This document shows, in pieces, positions 36,716 to 44,144 of a stretch of DNA of 64,000 nt (position 1 is its first letter; each line of letters starts with the position of its first letter). A program made the translations under genes and the position numbers. This DNA comes from an uncultured Clostridia bacterium (lineage in GTDB: Bacteria; Bacillota; Clostridia; Christensenellales; CAG-138). Below the pieces are notes generated by a model that was not told the DNA's origin, did no database searches, and saw only the letters and a list, made by a program, of their open reading frames with translations. The stretch is from NCBI GenBank assembly GCA_947168855.1, contig CAMVNO010000003.1, positions 155,474 through 219,473 of the forward strand, in the 5' to 3' direction.

Positions 36716-38827
36716 TCAGTCTTTGTTGATCTCGATCGATGTGAAAGAGATGGTTCGCGTTCTCTTCCCGACGGAGATGGTCATTTCGTTCGGATCGATC
36801 TCGTCAAACTCAAACGAAAGGACCAGAACGTTGGTGCCCTTGAATACGGTCGGAATGTCCAGCGTGAAATGGATCCCGTTGTCCTGGATGTTCTTTGAAT
36901 TCGCGCTGTCGTTCTCAAAGGCCGGAATGTTGTTGGCATATGCGATAAAGCTGGTGGAGTTGTACAGCTTTCCTACGCCGATATCCACCTGAAGCGTTCC
37001 CGTTTTGGGAAGGTTTTCGATCGGGATCTCGATCTGCGCATGCGGTCCGTACAGACGGGTCAGCCAGCCGGATGTGTTGCCGAAGCCGTCCGTGCAGTAT
37101 TTGTTTGCTGTGGCGTCCATATCGAACGTCAGCTTGGTGCCGAGCTTGTACGGCGTATCTTTTCCTTCGGTGTCGATATAGGTCTCAACCAGCTCGAGAG
37201 AACCCGGGTCGCCTGCGTGGGAGAACGAAACATATTCCTTAATGGCGACCTTGGAACGGTTGGTCGTGTTATAGAAGAAATGCCGCTCGCGGACCTGATC
37301 CTCGGTCAGGCTGAACAGATCCTCGCTGTAGACGCCGGTCTTTCCGCTCTTGCCCGCAATGCCGTACAGAACTCCCGACAGATCAAACATGGAAGCGGGA
37401 ACGTCGGTTTCGGTCATCGCGCCCTTGGCGCCGGGCGCCTTATAGAGGAACATCATGTGTTCGCCGATATGCAGATCCCCGTGGTCGGCGGTCAGAATGA
37501 TCAGCGAGGAATCATACATGCCCTTTGCCTTCAGGTCGTCCAGAAGCGATTTCACAATCGCAAAGCTGCCTTCCACCTGTTCCTCGAGAGAGGTTTTCTT
37601 TTTGTTGTGCAAACCGTCGCTTGTCAGCGTGTATGCGGAATGCGCGCCCTTCAGCAGGTAGAAACGGAAGGCTTTATTGCAGGACGTGTTGACGGTGTAT
37701 CCGTTGCTCGAAAGGAAATTCGTATGGAACAGCGCGTCGTCGGGCGCGTATGCCGTTTTGTCCGACGCGACCCCGGCAAAAGCCTTCGCTTCGTCAAACT
37801 CCGAGGTGGAAAGCCAGAAGAACCGCTTCAGAAGATGCGGCGCAAAGCGGAAAGCGGAAAGCTTATACAGCTTCGCTCCCAGAATTCCGTACGAACCGAC
37901 TTTTTCTGCGCCGTTGTCAATGTTTTCAACATAATCCGCCGCGCCGCTGCCGTAAAAATCGGATTCCGAGAAGCAGCGCACGTCCCAGCCGCTCTTGTTC
38001 AGAGCGGACAGAGGGTTCTCCTGCGACCAGATGGTGTCGACATACTGTGAATACGTTGTGTCCCTCGTAAAGGGCTTTCCGGTGAGCAGGGACGGAACCG
38101 CGATGATGGTTCTCGCGCCGCTTGACATCATGTTGGTGTAATGGACAAAGCCGTCCAGATTCTCGACATAATCCGGATGATTGTCGAGGTATTCCATGAA
38201 ATAATCTTCGTCCATCGTATCCAGAGCGATGATGAGGACATTTTCTTCTTTGCCCAGATCATACATGCCTTCCGTCGTAACGGTCAGATAGGCCTTGTCC
38301 GCCGGCTTGTAGTTTATGATGTCCACGGTCAGCGCCGGCAGCTGGATCACGGTGAGGAAAAGGGAGGCAAACAGGATCGCTTTTTTCCACTTGTCCTTCA
38401 GGAAGATGGAAACGACAAAGGGCAGGGCGATGCAGACCGCCCAGACCAGTGTATCGATCACGGCGTATCCCTTATAATCGGACCACTTGATTTCCGTTCC
38501 GTCCAGAACGCCGTTGCCGTAGCTGATGTTGATGAACGTGCCCTGCAGATACATTCCCAGGAAAATGCCGAACAAAAGCTTGACATAGATCGAGTATGCC
38601 TTCTCCGGCAGCAGCATGCCTGCAAGGAACAGGACTGCGAATACGATCAGCGATCCGATGATCGTTACGAGCAGGGTATCGCTGATGCGGAACCAGAATT
38701 CCCCGGTATTTTCAAGGAACATGGATAGGGGACCGTAGAAAAAGGCCGTAAATACGCCGAAAAAAACAAGCGCCAGCAACACGGGGATTCTCTTTTTTCT
38801 TTCTTTCATTCTGACTCTTTCCTCCAC
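36716..38827 (-). CDS. LtaS-like sulfatase-family (alkaline-phosphatase superfamily) membrane transferase
   Basis: About five N-terminal TM helices precede an extracytoplasmic sulfatase fold (VLIIALDTMDEDYF ... LKGAHSAY ... ILTADHGD) and a ~150-aa extra C-terminal domain. An alternative start MKERKK lies at 38809. Confidence 0.78.
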   Translation of the reverse strand: MEERVRMKERKKRIPVLLALVFFGVFTAFFYGPLSMFLENTGEFWFRISDTLLVTIIGSLIVFAVLFLAGMLLPEKAYSIYVKLLFGIFLGMYLQGTFINISYGNGVLDGTEIKWSDYKGYAVIDTLVWAVCIALPFVVSIFLKDKWKKAILFASLFLTVIQLPALTVDIINYKPADKAYLTVTTEGMYDLGKEENVLIIALDTMDEDYFMEYLDNHPDYVENLDGFVHYTNMMSSGARTIIAVPSLLTGKPFTRDTTYSQYVDTIWSQENPLSALNKSGWDVRCFSESDFYGSGAADYVENIDNGAEKVGSYGILGAKLYKLSAFRFAPHLLKRFFWLSTSEFDEAKAFAGVASDKTAYAPDDALFHTNFLSSNGYTVNTSCNKAFRFYLLKGAHSAYTLTSDGLHNKKKTSLEEQVEGSFAIVKSLLDDLKAKGMYDSSLIILTADHGDLHIGEHMMFLYKAPGAKGAMTETDVPASMFDLSGVLYGIAGKSGKTGVYSEDLFSLTEDQVRERHFFYNTTNRSKVAIKEYVSFSHAGDPGSLELVETYIDTEGKDTPYKLGTKLTFDMDATANKYCTDGFGNTSGWLTRLYGPHAQIEIPIENLPKTGTLQVDIGVGKLYNSTSFIAYANNIPAFENDSANSKNIQDNGIHFTLDIPTVFKGTNVLVLSFEFDEIDPNEMTISVGKRTRTISFTSIEINKD

Positions 38828-38876
38828 ATAAAAACGACTTGCGTCAAAATAAAAATGTCTGATTATAACTTTATTA

Positions 38877-38905
38877 ATTATAGCACTGTCGATTCAATTA
38901 ATCAA
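38877..38905 (-). promoter_or_regulatory. Candidate sigma-A promoter of the phosphonate operon
   Basis: On the minus strand: TTGATT, 17-nt spacer, TATAAT, inside a markedly AT-rich ~100-nt stretch. Confidence 0.5.
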
Positions 38906-38925
38906 TAGCAATTGTGAAGGGGAAG

Positions 38926-38985
38926 GGAAGACCTCTCTCATCAAGCCGAATAAGAGGCCGCCCATGCGGGCGGTCTCTTGTATGG
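38926..38985. repeat. Terminator-like repeat element (third copy of the family found next to tRNA-Trp)
   Basis: cctctctcatcaagccgaataagaggccgcccatgcgggcggtctcttgtatgg aligns with 42169-42230 and 42374-42435. The hairpin arms change in a compensatory way (ccaccc/gggtgg versus ccgccc/gggcgg). Confidence 0.5.
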
Positions 38986-39074
38986 ATGCAGGTTTTATGG
39001 GCTTGTTTCTGACAGCAAACCCGTGAACGCGTTCGTGAACGGATCGTCATTCAGATCCATTCGCATTCCCGCGG

Positions 39075-40511
39075 TCAGAGGTTGCATCTGATCAGCGCTT
39101 TGTAGTAGTCGACTGCGCCGGGCAGACTGTATGTGTCGAGATACTCGTTGAGCCCGTGCATGCCCTTCATCTGCGCGGGTCCGTATACGACCGGCGAGAA
39201 GCGCACACAGGTATCGCAGATCCTCTGATAGTGTCTCGCGTCCGTCCCGCCCGTCATAACGTACGGGATACACGGAAGATTCGGGAAGACCTCGCTGATC
39301 ACCCGCTCAACGAGCCTGTACGCTTCGGTGCGGGTATCGACCGGCTCGCAGAAGTCGTACGCGTCGATCACCCGAACGTCCAGATCGTATTTCTTTGCAT
39401 ACCGTTCGATCGCGGCATTGCTCTCCGCCATGCCCTGATGCGGGATGTAGCGCAGATTCAGCGTCAGCGTCGCCTCCTGCGGGAGCACATTGCAGCCGTC
39501 GGAACCGGTCTGCATCGTCGGCGCGACGGTCGTTCTGAGAAGCGCCGCCGCCTGCGGGGAGATGGAGGGCATCAGCTTGACCAACAGCGGTTTGAACAGC
39601 CACAGATTGCCGAACAGCAGCCGCATCCAGAACGGCCCGTACGGCGCCATCGCGGAAAACATTTCCTTCGCCTGCCGGTTCATCGCAGAGCGCATCGGGC
39701 TGTGTTTTGAGAGGTCGACCATAAACTTCGACAGCCGCACGATCGGGGAGTTTTTCGGCGGATAGCTCGAATGCCCGCCGTTCGATTTCGCGGAGATCAG
39801 AAGATTGCCCTGTCCCTTTTCAAGCACGCCGATCATGGCGTAGTTGCCCTTGACGCCAGCCATCGGCTCGGTCACGATCGAGCCGCCTTCGTCATTGACC
39901 AGATACGGCTTCACGCCGCGGCGCTCCAGCTCCTGCACAAGCTTCGGGCATCCGGGACCGCCGACCTCCTCGGTGTTCGAGGTCGAAAGCCAGACGTCCT
40001 GCTCCGGCACGTATCCTGCTTTCAAAAGCTCCTCGACCGCCTGAAAGAACGCCATCACCGAGCACTTTGTGTCGGCGCTGCCGCGTCCCCAGATCCTGCC
40101 GTTCTCAATGTCTCCGGAAAACGGCGGATGCTCCCATTGCCCCTCGGCAGGAACGACGTCCTGATGCCCCATCAGAACGAGCGGGCGCGCATCCGACGTT
40201 CCCTTCCAATGAAAGAGCAGGCTTCCGTCGATCTCGATCTTTTCGAGATTCGCGTGCACGAGCGGGAACAGCTCTTCGAGGATCCTGTGGAAGCCGAGGA
40301 ACTTCTCACGCTGTGTTTCGCCTTTTTTCGAAACGGTTTCGTACCGCACCATTTTCGCAAGCGTTTCGGCATACGCACGCTCGCGCGCCGGATCGCGCTC
40401 CGGCTCCCACGCGGAGGTCTTTTTCGGCGTGAGAAGCGTCCGGATCGCGGCGATCGGCACGAGCAGCAACAATACGCCGAGCAATCCCAGAACGATGTAC
40501 AGAGCGATCAT
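39075..40511 (-). CDS. Membrane-anchored M20-family metallopeptidase (carboxypeptidase-like)
   Basis: The N-terminal TM (MIALYIVLGLLGVLLLLVPIAAI) is followed by LVLMGHQDVVPA...GRGSADTK (M20 metal and catalytic motifs). I chose the start at 40511. The track extension is Arg/Cys-rich and overlaps the upstream gene. Confidence 0.85.
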   Translation of the reverse strand: MIALYIVLGLLGVLLLLVPIAAIRTLLTPKKTSAWEPERDPARERAYAETLAKMVRYETVSKKGETQREKFLGFHRILEELFPLVHANLEKIEIDGSLLFHWKGTSDARPLVLMGHQDVVPAEGQWEHPPFSGDIENGRIWGRGSADTKCSVMAFFQAVEELLKAGYVPEQDVWLSTSNTEEVGGPGCPKLVQELERRGVKPYLVNDEGGSIVTEPMAGVKGNYAMIGVLEKGQGNLLISAKSNGGHSSYPPKNSPIVRLSKFMVDLSKHSPMRSAMNRQAKEMFSAMAPYGPFWMRLLFGNLWLFKPLLVKLMPSISPQAAALLRTTVAPTMQTGSDGCNVLPQEATLTLNLRYIPHQGMAESNAAIERYAKKYDLDVRVIDAYDFCEPVDTRTEAYRLVERVISEVFPNLPCIPYVMTGGTDARHYQRICDTCVRFSPVVYGPAQMKGMHGLNEYLDTYSLPGAVDYYKALIRCNL

Positions 40512-41197
40512 AGACCGCCACCTGCTTTCTGCTGCTTGCGGAAGGCGAGATAGGCAAGAACGATCGCCAGCGCACCGCTCGGAATGACCATCATGCTGGT
40601 CGAGCCGATCAGCGACGGCACAAAGATGAACAGAAGCGACATACAGGCGAGCACGATCAGCGCAACCGTGCGGTTCATGCGGTAATACTTGCATGCCATC
40701 GCGCCGAACAGCGCCGGAACGACGTTTTCAAACGCGGGCTGCAGCGTCGGCGACTGCAGCACAGGCTGCAGCGGGATCATCAGAAGAACGCCCACGGCAA
40801 GCACCAGGATCGTAACGAGCGAACTGGTTGCGATCGAAAGCGTCGAGATGATCTCGTTCTCCGGCGTCCCGGACCTGACGCCCACGATGTCGCGCGCGTT
40901 GATCGCGCAGGGGATCTTCATATTGATGAGATTGCCGGTGATGAACGCGAGGTAGCTGCCGCCCGCGCCGAGCATCGGCACATAGATCAGGTATTCGACG
41001 ATCCCGCTGACGAGATACACGAGCCCGACGCCGAGGAACGCCTTTGCGGCGGCGGCGAGGTTCGGCATTGCGCCGAGAAACAGACCGATTGCAAAGGGCG
41101 CCGCCAACAGCAGGATCAGAACAAGGACGGTCAGCCAGCGACCGAGCTTATGCGTTGCGGAAAGGTATGCTTCGTATTGCGTGTTTTTCTGTTCCAT
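40508..41197 (-). CDS. Uncharacterised polytopic membrane protein
   Basis: 229 aa with ~6 predicted TM helices. Its stop overlaps the M20 start (ATGA). Confidence 0.6.
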   Translation of the reverse strand: MEQKNTQYEAYLSATHKLGRWLTVLVLILLLAAPFAIGLFLGAMPNLAAAAKAFLGVGLVYLVSGIVEYLIYVPMLGAGGSYLAFITGNLINMKIPCAINARDIVGVRSGTPENEIISTLSIATSSLVTILVLAVGVLLMIPLQPVLQSPTLQPAFENVVPALFGAMACKYYRMNRTVALIVLACMSLLFIFVPSLIGSTSMMVIPSGALAIVLAYLAFRKQQKAGGGL

Positions 41198-41207
41198 AGC
41201 GCACCTC

Positions 41208-41990
41208 CTAACCGATCTTTCCGAGGAAGATCGCGGCGGTCATGGCGATCAGCATGCTGCCTGCGATCGAAAAGCTGTCGATCCAGTCCGCCTTTGCCTT
41301 TTCGCGGATGAGCAGAAAACCCGCCATCGCCAGCGCGGACACGCAGGCGACCGCCAGCGGCAGCCAGCTGCCCGTGAAGGTAAAGAGCCCGTTTGCGGAT
41401 ACGATCTGCCCGATATAGCTTGCTATGTACGCCGAAACCAATCCGATGAACATGGCGGTCATTGCCGTGTCGCCGAACGCTTTCAGATTCAGCTTTTTCT
41501 TTTTTCCGTTCGTTTCAACGGTCTCGGGCTTCGGCAGCACAAGCTTGGTCGAATACGCCTTGCCGTTGAAAATCATCAGTACCATGCCCCAGATGATGCC
41601 GAAGCTCATCAGCAGCGCGATCGTGGAAAAGCTCGACGCCGTCATCGCCGACGCTGACAGCTTTTCCATGCCGACCGCCTCCGCCGCCGCTTCCGCGACC
41701 TGTGTTTCATAGTGCAGCGCGCCGATGACCGAAAGCCGCAGCCACGGCCACGGTGTGCCGAGACTGCCGGACAGCGCGATAACGCCGAGCAGGATCCCCA
41801 CGCTCGGCAGCACGGCAAACGTTGCGCTTGCGATGATGACGCGCTTCATCTTTGAGACGTTGATTCCGATCGCCTTGCCCGCGCGATACGCACGTACGGC
41901 AAAGACCATGCAGATGATCGCAACAAGCAGCACAATGCCGCCGCAGATCAGATACATGACCGGGCTGTTCAGCTTTGCCAAGACTTCCAT
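41208..41990 (-). CDS. Uncharacterised polytopic membrane protein
   Basis: 260 aa with multiple TM helices. It is the first gene of the three-gene unit, with a 10-nt gap to the next gene. Confidence 0.6.
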   Translation of the reverse strand: MEVLAKLNSPVMYLICGGIVLLVAIICMVFAVRAYRAGKAIGINVSKMKRVIIASATFAVLPSVGILLGVIALSGSLGTPWPWLRLSVIGALHYETQVAEAAAEAVGMEKLSASAMTASSFSTIALLMSFGIIWGMVLMIFNGKAYSTKLVLPKPETVETNGKKKKLNLKAFGDTAMTAMFIGLVSAYIASYIGQIVSANGLFTFTGSWLPLAVACVSALAMAGFLLIREKAKADWIDSFSIAGSMLIAMTAAIFLGKIG

Positions 41991-42142
41991 ACTGTTCCTC
42001 CTTTATCCGAATGCCGCGGCATCCCTCTTTACATAGTATATCATATCGGAAAACGTTTGAAAAGCGGAGCGTGCATACAAAATCGGCATCGTCAAAGGAG
42101 ATTGATTCCAATCAATGGGGCAAGGATCACGAGAAGAATATG

Positions 42143-42243
42143 CGACCGAGTCGGCGCCGCGGCGTTCGAGTCCTCTCTCATAAAGCCAAACAAAAAACCA
42201 CCCGTGCGGGTGGTCTTTTGTTTGGCAGGGGCAGAAGGACTCG
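42143..42243. repeat. 101-nt direct repeat, distal copy (contains a 21-nt tRNA-Trp 3'-end fragment)
   Basis: 97 of 101 positions are identical to 42348-42448. It ends with tggcaggggcagaaggactcg, the reverse complement of the tRNA 3' end. Confidence 0.85.
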
Positions 42244-42347
42244 CCTGCTCCGCTTGTTCAGACTCGGCTGCTTGCGCTCCGCGCATCGCAGCCGGTCTTG
42301 CGCTCCGCAGCATCCGCTGAAAACGCCGCACCGCGGCGTTTTCGCGC

Positions 42348-42448
42348 CGACCGAGTCGGCGCCGCGGCGTTCGAGTCCTCTTTCATAGAGCCAAACAAAA
42401 AACCACCCGCACGGGTGGTCTTTTGTTTGGCAGGGGCAGAAGGACTCG
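42348..42448. repeat. 101-nt direct repeat, proximal copy (overlaps the 3' end of the intact tRNA-Trp and its terminator)
   Basis: See the distal copy. The four differences are C/T, A/G and TG/CA in the hairpin loop. Confidence 0.85.
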
Positions 42449-42501
42449 AACCCTCAAGAACGGTTTTGGAGACCGCTATGTTACCATTACATCATGCCCC
42501 T
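42428..42501 (-). tRNA. tRNA-Trp (anticodon CCA), CCA-3' encoded
   Basis: Hand-folded cloverleaf of 74 nt: acceptor AGGGGCA/TGCCCCT, D-arm ATGT/ACAT, anticodon stem GCGGT/ACCGT with loop CTCCAAA, T-arm GAGGG-TTCGAGT-CCTTC, discriminator G. Confidence 0.9.
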
Positions 42502-42530
42502 AATGGCTGCGATTTTGATTCGCGAAGGTT

Positions 42531-42559
42531 ATATTACCATACCCCCGGGAAAAAAGCAA
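42531..42559 (-). promoter_or_regulatory. Candidate promoter of tRNA-Trp
   Basis: On the minus strand: TTGCTT, 17-nt spacer, TAATAT, ~30 nt upstream of the tRNA 5' end. Confidence 0.45.
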
Positions 42560-42636
42560 GCATTTTTTATAAATATCGGAACCGCTCGCGCGGCACTGAT
42601 CGTCCGGCGGAATCACAGCGCCGCGGCACGGGACGG

Positions 42637-42665
42637 TTGAAATGCGCCTGGTTTTCAGGTATAAT
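42637..42665 (+). promoter_or_regulatory. Candidate sigma-A promoter of the GNAT::methyltransferase gene
   Basis: TTGAAA, 17-nt spacer, TATAAT. This leaves a ~108-nt leader. Confidence 0.55.
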
Positions 42666-42779
42666 CAATCTGGTTCAGTACCGGAGATTCGTATGGAGAT
42701 CACATGACGCGGGAGATCACCGCTGTATCAAGGGATACGAAAACGGTAAGGCGTTCAAAAATGAAACGGGAGGATCGGC

Positions 42780-44120
42780 ATGAAACAGATCTTTGAATCG
42801 GAGCATATTTGCTTTGTTGAGCTGTCGGAGCAGCTTGTTCCGGATTATCTTGTGATGATCAACGACGACGAGCACGTCGCGCGGTTCATCGCAAGGCGGA
42901 GCGGACCCGTCACCGAGGAACAGGAGCGGCAATGGGTGCGCACGAAACTGGAGAACCGGGAACCGATCTTTTCGATGATCGAAAAGACGACCGGGGCGTT
43001 TATCGGGAACTTCAATCTCACGGACACAGCGGAGGGCGAAGCAGAGTTCGGGATCGCGATCACCGCCGCGATGCAGGACAGGGGATTCGGCACGGAAGCG
43101 GTTTGCGCAATTCTGAAATACGCGGCGCGGCGCGGACTGCGCCGGGTCACGCTGAAGGCGTTTCCGTTCAACACCCGAGCGCTCCATGTGTACGAAAAGA
43201 GCGGATTCAAAGAGTATGACCGCAATGAAAATGACGTATTTATGGCATATGTGCCTGCGCCGGCGTTCGATCCGGAAACCGTATGGTCGGAGCATGTGCA
43301 GGGCGTGATGACCCTGTATCTCAGCCGGAAGCTGCGGTTCGACGACCGGTTCTTTGCGCAGTACGACAACGTGTTCGGACTTGACCGGAACGAAAAGCTG
43401 CGGATCCTGGAGATCGGCTGCGGACCGGGGGCGCTTGCGGAGGCGCTGAAGCTCCGGTATCCGAACGCGGAGATCACCGCGATCGACCGGGATAAAAACT
43501 TTATCGCATTTGCCGAGGCGCACGTGCCGGGCGTTACGTTCCTCGAAGGCGACGCGACAAAGCTCCCGTTTGCGGACGGATCGTTTGACGTGACGATCTC
43601 CTATACGGTCTCGGAGCACGTGGAGCCATCCGCGTTCTTCGGCGAGCAGCGGCGCGTTCTGAAGCCCGGCGGCGTTTGCCTGTGCCTGTCCGCAAGAAAG
43701 AGCATTGTATGCACCGCGCCGTGTCTTGCGACGACGGCGGAGGAAACGGCGTTCTGGGACAGCGTATCGGAGGAGGAAAGCGACATTACCCGTTACGGCG
43801 TACGCCGGTATGCGATGACGGAAGCAGAGCTGCCCGCGGCAATGGAACGGAACGGTTTTACGGACGTTACGACCGGCTTTGCCGTTGCCGATCTGACGCC
43901 GGACGCGCCGAAATTCGACGCAAAAACGGCGGAAAGCATGATCGAAGCGGAGCGGCAGAACGATCTCGAGGCGATCGCGTCGGCGTATTCGGAGCATGAC
44001 GAAGCGGCAATCGCGGCGGTGAACCGCAAGTACGACGAGCGTCTGCGCCTGTATCGCGCGGGCGAAAAGCAGTGGGACACCTCTGTTTCCGTGACGATGA
44101 TCGTGCGCGGGATCCGGTGA
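42780..44120 (+). CDS. GNAT acetyltransferase fused to a class I SAM-dependent methyltransferase
   Basis: The N-terminal ~170 aa are GNAT-like (..IAITAAMQDRGFGTEAVCAILKYAARRGLRRV..). The central domain has SAM motif I LEIGCGPGALA and ..FADGSFDV... A C-terminal ~120-aa extension follows. Confidence 0.78.
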   Translation: MKQIFESEHICFVELSEQLVPDYLVMINDDEHVARFIARRSGPVTEEQERQWVRTKLENREPIFSMIEKTTGAFIGNFNLTDTAEGEAEFGIAITAAMQDRGFGTEAVCAILKYAARRGLRRVTLKAFPFNTRALHVYEKSGFKEYDRNENDVFMAYVPAPAFDPETVWSEHVQGVMTLYLSRKLRFDDRFFAQYDNVFGLDRNEKLRILEIGCGPGALAEALKLRYPNAEITAIDRDKNFIAFAEAHVPGVTFLEGDATKLPFADGSFDVTISYTVSEHVEPSAFFGEQRRVLKPGGVCLCLSARKSIVCTAPCLATTAEETAFWDSVSEEESDITRYGVRRYAMTEAELPAAMERNGFTDVTTGFAVADLTPDAPKFDAKTAESMIEAERQNDLEAIASAYSEHDEAAIAAVNRKYDERLRLYRAGEKQWDTSVSVTMIVRGIR

Positions 44121-44144
44121 GGAGCGAGAGACAGGGAAACGGGC

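Noticed and set aside
42159-42190. Plus-strand tRNA-like T-arm (ggcgttcgagtcctctctcataaagcca) suggesting a tRNA gene or pseudogene. The same applies to the second copy at 42364-42395.
   Set aside because: No complementary T-stem, acceptor stem or anticodon arm can be drawn upstream. I treat it as part of the 101-nt repeat rather than a tRNA.
42672-42779. Known riboswitch in the 108-nt leader of the GNAT::methyltransferase gene
   Set aside because: I could not match it to any riboswitch consensus I know (SAM, preQ1, guanidine, etc.). It is kept only as an unexplained leader in the findings.
42092-42783. ORFs of 79-161 aa in the tRNA-Trp flank, and the possibility of an integrated mobile element at tRNA-Trp
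   Set aside because: The ORFs run through repeats and the tRNA itself. No integrase, excisionase or cargo is present between the direct repeats, which are only 104 nt apart.
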